Of a stretch of 64,000 nucleotides of DNA, positions 49,966 to 61,948 are shown in pieces (the first letter of the stretch is position 1; each line of letters starts with the position of its first letter). The notes beneath the pieces were generated by a model, which made no database searches, had not been told where the DNA came from, and saw only the letters and a list, made by a program, of their open reading frames with translations. Origin of the DNA: Rhodosorus marinus CCMP1338 (taxonomy: Eukaryota > Plantae > Rhodophyta). Position numbers and translations under genes: made by a program. The stretch spans positions 868,001-932,000 of the forward strand of contig JAMWBK010000012.1 of the NCBI GenBank assembly GCA_029953675.1, in the 5' to 3' direction.

Positions 49966-50825
49966 GTCCGTTTATTCAGAGGCAAACTACCCTGAGAAGC
50001 GAGAGACAAGACGCTGATGACGCGCGTCTACAAACAAACCAGAATTGGAGCGCCACAGGGTCAAAGAAAGCTCCGTGGGCAGACTATCTAAACGCCCTGG
50101 GTCGTTGCGAAACGGAGCTCGCAGCCAGCGAGAACCTACACTATCTATTCATGAGCTTTCTTTGACCCTGTGGCGCTCCAATCCCGCTTTGTTTGTGGAC
50201 GCGCGTCATCAACGTCTTGTCTCTCGCTTCTCAGGGTAGTTAGCCTCTGAATAAACGGATCATCATCTATCAAGCCAAAACACTCAATAATGAGGGGGAC
50301 GAACCGGTATGTCACCGCCGAATCGCGAAAGGTAGGGTTTGACATCGCTGCCGCGTACTGCGAATCTTTCACTTGCGGCATGCACCGAGCTGCAGATCCT
50401 CGACGCCGAGCCGACGCAGTCTTTTTAACCACAGACTAATCGCAGTGAGTACGTTGACCTCTCCATCCCTTGTCCTCAGGCGACTAGGTACCTGCCTGCG
50501 TCGGCTCGGCGTCGAGGAGCTGCAGCTCGGTCCATGCGGCAAGTGAAAGATTCGCAGTACGCGGCAGCGATGTCAAACCCTACCTTTCGCGATTCGGCGG
50601 TGACATACCGGTTCGTCCCCCTCATTATTGAGTGCTTTGGCTTGATAGATAGTGTAGGTTCTCGCTGGTTGTGAGCTCTGTTTCGCAACGACCCAGGGCG
50701 TCTAGATAGTCTGCTCACGGAGCTTTCTTTGACCGTGTGGCGCTCCAATTCTGCTTTGTTTGTGGACGCGCGTCATCAGCGTCTTGTCTCTCGCTTCTCA
50801 GAGTAGTTAGCCTCTGAATAAACGG

Positions 50826-52790
50826 ATCATCAAGTTCGAGATCGGTAAGCGCCAACCGCGGATACGCAGGTATGACCGTGAAGAAACGGGAGCTGAGACT
50901 CCCCCCAAACCGCGCAGGCGATCCAAAGTCGATGCCGAGCACGAAGGTAAACTCAGAAGGGTGGCATACGAGTCCCGATGTATTTCCCACGACAGGGTTT
51001 TTTGGATTGCATCGGTCCGCGAAGGGGCCGGACCCGACCGGGAAACGCCCTCCTCTGGCGGTCTCGACGGCACAGCCACGGGGTCAATATCCTCGGCAGT
51101 TTCTACACCATTTCCAACACACGGTGCTGCAGCAGGGACTCCCGAACGCTGGCCACCGAGTGAGTCAAGAGCTGCCGCCCAGGAATCGCAACGAGCCCGG
51201 GTACCACTCGGCAGGGCGGTACATTGTTGAAAAGCGGCCTCCACTCCGCACCCGCAAAACCCCCCCGAGTGGGGCGAGAGTCCCGTCCAGCCGCCCAACC
51301 CGAAATCCACTCAACAAACCACTCACATGCGGATCACACTCTGTAGACCATGTATTAAGCGCATTGGCCCACGCACTCACCACAGCCGCCGGCTGGATCG
51401 CCGCGTAAGATCCCACAGCCAGCCCGCCCAACCGCACGGGCAACGCGATCTGCCGGTGAAGGACGTCCTTTTCTGCATCCCCAAAATAGATAGCTCAGCA
51501 TCCATCAGCGTGCCTAGCACGTCCCTCGCTCGTCGGTCTGCGCGGAGCGCCAGCCAAGACCCCCACTCGGAGGGTAGCTGCGGCAAAAAATAGGTCAACC
51601 TCTGGCACGCGCTGAACCGGAAGATGAGCAGAGCGGGCTGGAGGTACCCTTCTGTGAGACTGCACAGCTCAGTCAGGAGCTCATCATGATGACTAAGGAG
51701 CGCGGAGAGGCTGCGTTCAACAAATATCGGGGTGCCTACGGGGACACCGATCATCATTATCATCATCATCATCATCATCAACAGAAGGAAGCCCTCAGCG
51801 CGCCAAATATCTCGGAACCTGGATGGAACCGCGTTCGCGGTGCAGTGAGACCCCCCCCAGAAATCGCACTTGGCATGGTTGATACGCAGCCCCACCAAGG
51901 AAGCCACCTCGCCGAGAAAATCGTAGGCCGGCACCAGATCGTCGGGAGTGCCAAGAAGCGTCACATCGTCATGGAAGGCGACCGCACGGACCCGCGGGAA
52001 CCGATGTTTCAGCCGCAACAGCACCAGTTGCAATCCACAGGCGTGCAGGAACGGCCCGAAGGGATCGCCCTGCTGCACACCTGTATGAGCCGCAAAGGTG
52101 TGGCTCTCGGCACCCAAGGTGACAAATCGGGGCCCGTTCGGCGCTTCACCATATACGCGGCGTGAGAACGGAAAGCCAGAGGGGAAAAGCTGACGAACTA
52201 CCTCAAGCGCGTGTGCTCGAGACACACTGTTAAACGCATTGGCGAAATCCACAGAAAGCGTGCCCAAGGGCTCATCGCGGAGACCGTCCAGCTGCAGGAT
52301 ACGCGTCACCGTTCACAACCACCTGAATAGCCGACACCGACCTGGGTCAACCCAAAAAAACCCCTGGCCTCCCTAGTGAGCTGACTCGATAGAAAGCGGC
52401 TCGCCAGCTTCCGCAATGCTTCGCACATTCCGATTGGCCGAAGGGAAGGTGTCTGGTCTGAATGTCCAGGCTTGGGCAAGAGGACCAGTTGGGGGTGCGA
52501 CAATAGTGCCCGGGCCTCTGCGCAAAAATCGTCCCCATTGACAAGACCCTCCAGTACCCGCGCAAGGGCGTCCAGCCCTTCTTCACCCAAGCAGTGAAAA
52601 AGTTCGCCCCGGAGTCCTGAGGGACCAGGTGCACGACCTTTCGGGGCGGACCTAAGCAGAGCCTGAACCTCATCCGGCCGAACAAACAACCGACCCCTAC
52701 CGCGTGAGGAATCGACAAAAGGATCTAAGACACGCTGGAACTCAGAGTTCCAACTCACGTCGCTGGGGAGAGGCAGTTGACGAAACCATC
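50826..52790 (-). mobile_element. CRE-type reverse transcriptase and thumb region (frameshifted)
   Basis: APGPSGLRGE, LRPIGMCEALRKL, QVGVGYSGGCE, VDFANAFNSVSR, GVQQGDPFGP, AFHDD, GLRINHAKC, GVPVG, LPVRLGGL. Confidence 0.95.
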
Positions 52791-53287
52791 TGAAGCGGAA
52801 ATTCAGAGGGACGCTGGGGGAAGAGTGGCCCAGGTGAACCCCACAAGCACCGCCGATGACCGAAATATCGCCCAACAAAACAGCAACGCCAAGATGAGAC
52901 CAATCCCCTACCGGAACCACCTTCCCAGACCAAAACAATCCAAAAAACCCTTCGCAGACGACCCGGAAACGCCGGAAAAGGCGAGGAACAGCCGCAGAAA
53001 GATGGCAGCCCACACAAAGATCGCGAACAAACTCAATCGCGCCCGACCCAGCTAACAAAACCCCTCTGTGTGTTTACCTTCGTGCTCGGCGTTTACCTTG
53101 ATGATGATGATCCGTTTATTCAGAGACTAACTACCCTGAGAAGCGCGAAACAAGACGCTGACGACGCGCGTCCACAAACACGGTTTACCTTCGTGCTCGG
53201 CGTCGACTTTGGCTCGCCTGCGCGGTTTGGGGGGGAGTCTCAGCTTCCGTTTCTTCACGGTCATACCTGCGTATCCGCGGTTGGCGC

Positions 53288-53830
53288 TTACCGATCTCGA
53301 ACTTCGTGTAAGCTTACGACTTTACCTGGGCTTGCCGCAACCCCCTTGCTTGGCCTGTTGAGCGGGATTCTAGATGCGCATTGTGCGGGGCCAATGTGCC
53401 GTGGGGTGATTATGGTGCGCATCTGTTGGCGTCTTGTGCGGAGGTTCAAGGGGCCCGGACCAGACGCCATACGCGGCTGAACCGCTTGCTTTTCCGCTAC
53501 CTTCGTTCTCAATCTCTCGGTACGGACCGAGAAGTGGAGTATGAGGTCGCTCTGGCGGTGGCATCGGAAATTGCTGATGAGAGTGACGCCCCAACGGTAC
53601 AGCGGGTGGCGGATCTCGTTGTGACTGACCTCAATGCGCGTCGCAGTGAGTACATTGACCTCTCCATCCCTTGTCCTCAGGCGACCAGGTACCTGCCTTC
53701 GGCTCGGCTTCGAGGAGCTGCAGCTCGGTCCATGCGGCAAGTGAAAGATTCGCAGTACGCGGCAGCGAAGGCAAGCCCTAGCTTTCGCGATTCGACGGTG
53801 GCATACCGTGTTCGTCCCCCTCATTATTGA
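53288..53830 (+). mobile_element. RLE endonuclease-domain fragment, family A
   Basis: CGANVPWGDYGAHLLASC, RRHTRL, VADLVV, IDLSIPCP, KDSQY. Confidence 0.9.
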
Positions 53831-54109
53831 GTGCTTTGGCTTGATAGATGAAGATCCGTTTATTCAGAGGCTATCTACCCTGAGAAGCGAGAGACAAGAC
53901 GCTGATGACGCGGGTCCACAAACAAAGCCGAATTGGAGCGCCACAGGGTCAAAGGAAGCTCCGTGAGCAGACTATCTAAACGCTCTGGGTCGTTGCGAAA
54001 CAGAGCTCGCAGCCAGCGAGAACCTACACTATCTATCAAACCAAAGCACTCAACAATGAGGCGGGAGGGGGGGTGGGAGAGTTTGATGATCCGTTTATTC
54101 AGAGTTTCG

Positions 54110-55330
54110 TGGAGCGCAACCTTCGAGCGCTGCTGAGCCGCGATGAGCTCTTGAATGAGCTATGCCGCCTACCGGAGGGGCACCACCAGCCGCTCTGCTC
54201 GTTTTCAGGTTCAGTGCGTGTCAACGCCTGAACTATTTTCTGCGGCAGCTCCCTTCGACGTGGTGGGCTTGGCTAGCCCTTCGCGCTGATCAGCGTGCGA
54301 GGGACGTTTTGAGCACACTGGTGGACGCAGACCTCTCTACTCTAGGGGAGAACGAACAGACTGTCCTTCACCGCCAGCTGGCCTTGCCTGTGCTCATGGG
54401 CGGACTAGCCGTGGGGACTTATGCAATAATCCAACCGGCGGCCGTGGTGAGCTCTTGGGCAAATACTTTAACTACTTGGTCTAAGGAGAGCAATCCCGCC
54501 GTGCGTGGTTCGTTACGAGGCCTCCGTGAGGGGCAAATGCGGTCCCTCTGCCCGTGGCCACGGCAATTACTGATACGGCTGACGCACCAGGGGTGCAGCG
54601 GGTGGCGATGACCTAGTAGTGACTGATCTCAGCGCCCGTCGGAGTGAGTACGTTTACCTTTCTATTCCTTGTCCTCAGGCGACCAGATACCTACCCGCAT
54701 CTGCACGCTGCGGTGGCGCTGCGGCTCGGTCAATGCGGCAACTGAAGAAGTCCCAGTACGCCGCAGCTATGTTGGACTCTACGCTCCGCGATTCGGCCTT
54801 GTCCTATCGGTATGTTCCACTCATCATCGAGTCCTTTGGTTTAGTTGATTGTGTAGGCTCTCGCTGGCTTCGTGGGCTCTTTCGTCACAGCCCAAGTCGT
54901 CTTTATAGCCTCCTCACGGAGATGTCCTTGACCTCATGGCGTTCCAACGCGGCTTTACTGTTCGACGCGCGTCATCAGCGTCTTGTTTCTCGCTTGTCAG
55001 GGTAGTTAGGCTCTGATAAACTGATGATGAATCAGCCCCTGGTGACGCGTTGGCACGAAGAACCCAACCGTTGGCGCCGCTAACGATGCACCAAGTAGTT
55101 CAGCAAGGAGACCGACTGGGACCGGTCCTGCACGCACTAGCTCTATTTCCCGTTCTTTACCACCTGCGGCGGCAGTTCCGGGATGTCACTGTATTGGCGT
55201 TTCATGACGACATCTCGCTTGCAGCACAGGTACAGCAACTGGATTCGGCCTTACGATGGAGCCACGAACACTTGCGCAGGATTGGGGCGCAGCTGCAATT
55301 CGCATAGTGCACCATCTTGCACCATCCGGA
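54110..55330 (+). mobile_element. Older, diverged CRE subfamily fragments (thumb, RLE 3' end, RT core)
   Basis: ACQRLNYFLRQLP...LPVLMGGL; IIESFG...SRLSG*; VQQGDRLGP...LAFHDD at 55050-55307. Confidence 0.8.
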
Positions 55331-55451
55331 GGTTGTCCCAGAGCTGGACCAACAAACAAACCTCGCCAGCCTCGCGCAGTCAACTTGGGTCTCCATAGCC
55401 TAGCCACTCCTGTTTTGATGATCCGTTTATTCACACCCTCATGTTTTCGAT

Positions 55452-56440
55452 CGATCCATTTATTCAGAGGCTAACTACACTGAGAAGCGAGAGACAAGAC
55501 GCTGATGACGGGCGTCCACAACCAAAGCAGAATTGGAGCGCCACAGGGTCAAAGAAAGCTCCGTGAGCAGACTATCTAAACGCCCGGGGTCGTTGCGAAA
55601 CAGAGCTCGCAGCCAGCGAGAACCTACACTATCTATCAAGCCAAAGCACTCGATAATGAGGGGACGAACCGGTATGTCACCGCCGAATCGCGAAAGCTAG
55701 GGCTTGACATCGCTGCCGCGTACTGCGAATCTTTCACTTGCCGCATGGACCGAGCTGCAGCTCCTCGACGCCGAGCCGACGCAGGCAGGTACCTGGTCGC
55801 CTGAGGACAAGGGATGGAGAGGTCAATGTACTCACTGCGACGCGCATTGAGGTCAGTCACAACGAGATCCGCCACCCGCTGTACCGTTGGGGCGTCACTC
55901 TCATCAGCAATTTCCGATGCCCCCGCCAGAGCGACCTCATACTCCACTTCTCGGTCCGTACCGAGAGATTGAGAACGAAGGTAGCGGAAAAGCAAGCGGT
56001 TCAGCCGCGTATGGCGTCTGGTCCGGGCCCCTTGAACCTCCGCACAAGACGCCAACAGATGCGCACCATAATCACCCCACGGCACATTGGCCCCGCACAA
56101 TGCGCATCTAGAATCCCGCTCAACAGGCCAAGGGGGTTGCGGCAAGCCGAGGTAAAGTCGTAAGCTTACACGAAGTTCGAGATCGGTAAGCGCCAACCGC
56201 GGATACGCAGGTAAGACAGTGAAGAAACGCGAGCTGAGACTCCCCCCAAACCGCGCAGGCGAGCCAAAGTCGACGCCGAGCACGAAGGTAAACTCAGAAG
56301 GGTGGCATACGGGTCCCGATGTATGTCGCACGAAAGGGTTTTTTGGATTACATCGGTGCTCGAAGGGGCCGAACCCGACCGGGAAACGCCCTCCTCTGGC
56401 GGTCTCGACGGCACAGCCACGGCGTCAATACGCCGATCAC
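55452..56440 (-). mobile_element. About 1-kb 3' fragment of family A (RLE domain to tail)
   Basis: ORF 55636-56331 encodes LRVSLRLYLGLP...CALC...RH...ADL...KDSQY...RFVP; the 3' terminus is at 55452-55480. Confidence 0.9.
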
Positions 56441-56689
56441 GAAGGTTTACCTTGATGATCCGTTTATTCAGAGGCTAACCACGCTGAGAAGCGAGAGACA
56501 AGACACTCATGACGCGCGCCCACAAACAAATCAGAATTGGAGCGCCACAGTGTCAAAGAAAGCTCCGTGAGCAGACTATCTAAACGCCCTGGGTCGTTGC
56601 GAAACAGAGCTTGCAGCCAGCGAGAACCTACACTATCTATCAAGCAAAAGCATTCAACAATGAGGGGGATGAACCAGTGTGTCGCCGTA

Positions 56690-57510
56690 TTACCTTCGTG
56701 CTCGGCGTCGACTTTGGCTCGCCTGCGCGGTTTGGGGGGGAGTCTCAGCCTCCGTTTCTTCACGGTCATACCTGCGTATCCGCGGTTGGCGCTTACGACT
56801 TTACCTGGGCTCGCCGCAACCCCCTTGCTTGGCCTGTTGAGCGGGATTCTAGATGCGCATTGTGCGGGGCCAATGTGCCGTGGGGTGATTATGGTGCGCA
56901 TCTGTTGGCGTCTTGTGCGGAGGTTCAAGGGGCCCGGACCAGACGCCATACGCGGCTGAACCGCTTGCTTTTCCGCTACCTTCGTTCTCAATCTCTCGGT
57001 ACGGACCGAGAAGTGGAGTATGAGGTCGCTCTGGCGGGGGCATCGGAAATTGCTGATGAGAGTGACGCCCCAACGGTACAGCGGGTGGCGGATCTCGTTG
57101 TGACTGACCTCAATGCGCGTCGCAGTGAGTACATTGACCTCTCCATCCCTTGTCCTCAGGCGACCAGGTACCTGCCTGCGTCGGCTCGGCGTCGAGGAGC
57201 TGCAGCTCGGTCCATGCGGCAAGTGAAAGATTCGCAGTACGCGGCAGCGATGTCAAGCCCTAGCTTTCGCGATTCGGCGGTGACATACCGGTTCGTCCCC
57301 TCATTATCGAGTGCTTTGGCTAGATAGATAGTGTAGGTTCTCGCTGGCTTCGAGCTCTGTTTCGCAACGACCCCGGGCGTGTAGATAGTCTGCTCACGGA
57401 GCTTTTTTTGATCCTATGGCGCTCCAATTCTGCTTTGTTTGTGGACGCGCGTCATCAACGTCTTGTCTCTTGCTTCTCAGGGTAGTTATCCTCTGAATAA
57501 ACGGAGTACA
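56690..57510 (+). mobile_element. 3' fragment of family A (RLE domain to tail)
   Basis: ORF 56611-57327 is near-identical to the 55.6-56.3 kb copy; the terminus GAATAAACGGAG is at about 57495. Confidence 0.9.
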
Positions 57511-58075
57511 TCTATTAAGCCAAAGCAGTTAATAATAAGGGGGACGAAGCGGTATGTCACCGCCGAATCGCGAAAGCTAGGCCTTGACATCGCTGCCGCG
57601 TACTGCGAATCTTTCACTTGCCGCATGGACCGAGCTGCAGCTCCTCGAAGCCGAGGCGACGCAGGCAGGTACCTGTTCGCCTGAGGACAAGGTATGGAGA
57701 GGTCAATGTACTCACTGCGACGCGCATTGAGGTCAGTCACAACGAGATCCGCCACCCGCTGTACCGTTGGGGCGTCACTCTCATCAGCAATTTCCGATGC
57801 CACCGCCAGAGCGACCTCATACTCCACTTCTCGGTCCGTACCGAGAGATTGAGAACGAAGGTAGCGGAAAAGCAAGCGGTTCAGCCGCGTATGGCGTCTG
57901 GTCCGGGCCCCTTGAACCTCCGCACAAGACACCAACAGATGCGCACCATAATCACCCCACGGCACATTGGCCCCGCACAATGTGCATCTAGAATCCCGCT
58001 CAACAGGCCAAGCAAGGGGGTTGCGGCAAGCCGAGGTAAAGTCGTAAGCTTACACGAAGTTCGAGATCGGTGTGC
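57511..58075 (-). mobile_element. RLE-domain fragment of family A
   Basis: ORF 57486-57980 carries the same RLE motifs. Confidence 0.9.
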
Positions 58076-59318
58076 GCCAACCTCCTGTTTACCCGTAGTA
58101 TCTCTAGCGCTACATTCGGTAGTTGGAGTAAGCGGAAACAGTAAAATCCAATTGTTCCCTATAGAAGGTAGTCTTCTGCCCACTCTGGGGTCTCCTTAAC
58201 CTAGCCCCTACTGTTTTCCTTGCGTATCTTTAGCGCTACATTCATCGCGTATGCGCAAGCGATGTCAAACCCTACCTTTCGCGATTCGGCGGTGACATAC
58301 CGGTTTGTCCCCCTCATTATTGAATAATAATGAGGGGGACAAATAGAATGCTTTGGCTTGATAGATAGTGTAGGTTCTCGCTGGCCGTGAGGTGTCTTTC
58401 GCAACGACCCAGGGCGTCTAGATAGTCTGCTCACGGAACTTTCTTTGACCTTCTGGCGCTCAAATGCTGCGTGCTTTGTTTGTAGAGTCCCGTCATTAGC
58501 GTCTTGTCTCTCGCTTCTCAGGGTAGTTAGGCTGTGAATAAACGGATGATCATCATCATCAGGAAACAGTAAAACCCAGTATAGTAAAAACCAGTTGAGG
58601 ATGCGGGCTTTCTCCCTACGCTAATTGAGCAAATCGCCCGATGGGGAGGACTGAGATTGGCAACAAGAAAACGAGTCCAGCCCATCCATCGCCTTCCACT
58701 CGGCCTGGGCCCAGACCTATCCTCCGAATGAGGGTGAGTGGCCCAGCCACCTAACCCACTTATCCAGGAAATGTCACCTCGGGGGTACCCTCGACGCCCG
58801 AGCCCTCCACAAGCTTAGTTCCTCTACCGAAGCACTAGTGGGACAAATCATCGCCGTCGCAGCAGCACCACTCCGACGCCTTCGACGTGACGCTCCGGAG
58901 CGCATTAGGAGACTCGCCAAGCTCCGCGACCTGGTCTGAATAAACGGATCATCACCTGGCCCCTGGCCCAGCTACGAACTCCCCAATCGATTCCCAACCT
59001 TGGAAGCACGGTCGATTCAACAAACCCTCTCACAATAGGCTCGCCACCACGCTCTCAACTCCTCCTTCAGGTTTATTCAGAGCCTAACTACCCTGGGAAG
59101 CGAGAGACAAGACGTTAAAGCCTACCTTTCGCGATTCGGCGGTGACATACCGGTTCGTCCCCCTCATTATTGAGTGCTTTGGCTTGCTAGATAGCGTAGG
59201 TTCTCGCTGGCTGCGAGCTCTGTTTCGCAACGACCCAGGGCGTTTAGATAGTCTGCTCACGGAGCTCTTTTTGACCCTGTGGCGCTCCAATTCCTCTTTG
59301 TTTGTGGACGCGCGTCGT

Positions 59319-59886
59319 CAGCGTCTTGTCTCTCGCTTCTCAGGGTAGTTAGCCTCTGAATAAACGGATCGGATGACCCGCGTATACAAACAAATCAGCA
59401 TTTGATCTCCACAGGGTCAAAGAAAGCTCAGTGAGCAACTATCTTAACGCCCTGGGTCGTTGCGAAAGATACCCCGCAGCCAGCGAGAACCTATACTATC
59501 TCGATAGATTTATCAAGCCAAAGCATTCAATAATGAGGGGACAAACCGATATGTCACCGCCGAATCGCGAAAAGTAGGGTTTGACATCGCTGATTTCATC
59601 CACGCATCAGCGTCTTGTCTCTCGCTTCTCAGGGTAGTTAGCCTCTGAATAAACGGATCGGATGACCCGCGTATACAAACAAAGCAGCATTTGATCGCAC
59701 ACGGCCAAAGAAAGCTCAGTGAGCAACTATCTAGACGCCCTGTGTCGTTGCGAAAGATACCCCGCAGCCAGCGAGAACCTACACTATCTCGATAGATTTA
59801 TCAAGCGAAAGCATTCAATAATGACGGGACAAACCGATATGTCACCGCCGAATCGCGAAAAGTAGGGTTTGACATCGCTGATTTCA
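59319..59886. repeat. 289-bp tandem duplication of a composite (sense 3' end joined to an antisense fragment)
   Basis: CAGCGTCTTGTCTC...GAATAAACGGATCGGATGACCCGCGTATAC...GACATCGCTGATTTCA starts at 59319 and at 59608. Confidence 0.9.
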
Positions 59887-59965
59887 ACCACGTAGTGGAA
59901 AACCCCTGAATTTCCTCCAAAATATCCTTGCTGGGAAATTCGTCGGTTTTCAAGACCGCAGGCCG

Positions 59966-60320
59966 TATTGAATAAATAGTTTAATCGGAGACTGAAAGAA
60001 AAACCCCGAGGAAGAAAAAAAGACTACGTGCCGCGAAGGTCGCGCGCCTCCTATAGCAACGCAGCGTTCATGCGCCACAACAAGAAACTCAATCAAAAAT
60101 CGGCTATACAAAGATTGTAGACAGTTTGGGCGTTCACGGAATATCTCCCGAAGCCACCGAGATCCTATGGAGTCCACAACACTAAAGGCACTAGGCGGTG
60201 CGCGAGAGGGGAAGCACGAACCCCTTGGTGTAGTCACAGCCCGCGCATACTTCACTTCTTTTTGTGTGCGCATACTAGCCGCGGCGAATCCACTGCGCTC
60301 TCCCGCTGCCGGTCTTGCTA
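59966..60320 (-). mobile_element. 3' end of CRE subfamily B
   Basis: GFAAASMRTQKEVKY...VVDSIGSRWLRE parallels family A GAAARSMRQVKDSQY...IDSVGSRWLRA; terminus CAGTCTCCGATTAAACTATTTATTCA. Confidence 0.8.
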
Positions 60321-60379
60321 TTGGAGGTGCGACCTTCGCGGCGTTTAGTTTTTTTTTCCGCCCATGGCGCCCGCGGTTG

Positions 60380-61250
60380 GTTCACCTGGCAACGTTGAAA
60401 CGCCTCGCCGAGTTGGAGACATATCGGCGCACAGTATGCCACCAAAACCGCTGCCGCAACTGTTCGACTAGCGGTTTCGCCGCTACGTGCCAGAGGGTAG
60501 TATGGACGTTGTTAACCACATCCAACAGTCCTTCAGGCGGCACCCAGGTCACGGGTCGCCCATCCATGTCCTTAATTAACGCGGCCGTTACCTCGTCTTC
60601 CTTGACGTTCCCCACCTCCGTTCGTAGTAGGGACTCTTCTGACTTTTCGACGCCTGCAGGTAGGTATTCGTCTTGTCGGGATACTCCTCCAGCTGGTCGA
60701 TCGACAACAACTGAACTACGGCAGTCTCCCGTTCCGCCCGCGACAACGCGTCTGCGACCAGATTCGTCTTGCCTGGAATATGTCGTACCTCATACTCGAC
60801 GAACGCCGAGTCGAGTTTCGCGAGGAACCGCGTCACTCTTCGCGATGGCTGAGTCACTTCCTTGAAGTATGTTACAGCGGTATTATCGGTGAAGACCGCC
60901 GTCTTCAATCCCTCCAGGTAATGGGGGGATTGATGGCGCCATGTCTTGAAGCAGTCTAGTACTGCTAGCATCTCCTTCTCATGCGTGGGGTACATCAGCT
61001 CTGCCACCTTGCAATTTACGCGATGTGAAAGCCACCGGGGGTCCTCCCTGGATCAAAACCCCTCCGATCCCTTCCCCAGAGGCATCGGTTGTGACCTCAA
61101 CCGAACCCGCCACGATCAAACCGAGGTAAGGCGAGGACCGGTTCCGAGGTCACGGCAGACTTCAGTTGCCCGAAGCTCTGCAAGATCTCCTCCGTAATCT
61201 GGAAAAGTACTTCCATCCTAAGCAGTCTGGCGATAGGAGCCCATATCGTG
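60380..61250 (-). mobile_element. Ty3/Gypsy pol fragment (RT connection, RNase H, start of integrase zinc finger)
   Basis: LKSAVTSEPVLALP, VTTDASGEGIGGVLIQ..PVAFTSRKL, YPTHEKEMLAVLDCFKTWRH, VFTDN, HIPGKTNLVADALSR, RFWWHTVRRYV. Confidence 0.9.
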
Positions 61251-61404
61251 GACACGGACAGGAGGCTTAGATAGTCTGCTCACGGAGCTTTCTTTGACCC
61301 TGTGGGGCTCCAATTCTGCTTTGTTTGTGGACGCGCGTAATCAGCGTCTTGTCTCTCGCTTCTCAGGGTAGTTAGCCTCTGAATAAACGGATCGATCGAC
61401 AGGA

Positions 61405-61530
61405 AGAGTTAAACAGGTATTGGGATAAAACTGAACGACGCGACGATTGTCGCGAGGTTGAAGAAGCAGCGTTAGGTCGCTCAATCAACCACAGAAGCAG
61501 AGTACCAGGCTCTTGGAGACATGATGGTGC
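61405..61530 (+). mobile_element. Ty1/Copia RNase H fragment
   Basis: KKQR*VAQSTTEAEYQAL matches the Copia KKQ.TVA.STTEAEY.AL motif. Confidence 0.75.
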
Positions 61531-61948
61531 TTCAACGTTGGTTGGAAGACCCCCTACTCCTGCCAACGCTTTGAGGAATTGCCTTAGTACTTTTTTACTC
61601 CGTTCATTCCATTCATTCTGGTCGGGGAAAACGGCGAACTGGTCTGGTTCTTGGAAAACGTATGAGTTTGGAGGTTTGCTCGTGTGGATAGTTGTTTTTG
61701 GGGTTGCTTCAAAGGATTTCTTTAGGAATCGGGTGGTGAAGGGTTTTGGTGTCTTATTGTATGTCTTATTCTAGTGCAGCTCTGGTATTATATCGGGTTG
61801 GTAGTTTGGTGTGGACGAGCGAGGACGAGAACTTGGGGAGGGAGGTATTTTGCGAGGGTTTTGGGTAGAATAAGGAAGTTGATTATTTAGTATTCTGTTG
61901 TGATGATCCGTTCCGTTAGAGGTCTGAAGTGAAGTGATAGATTGGAAG

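Noticed and set aside
55738-57222. Repeated ORFs MPHGPSCSSS... and MGRHSHQQF...
   Set aside because: They are antisense or alternative-frame shadows of the RLE-coding strand, repeated only because the element is repeated.
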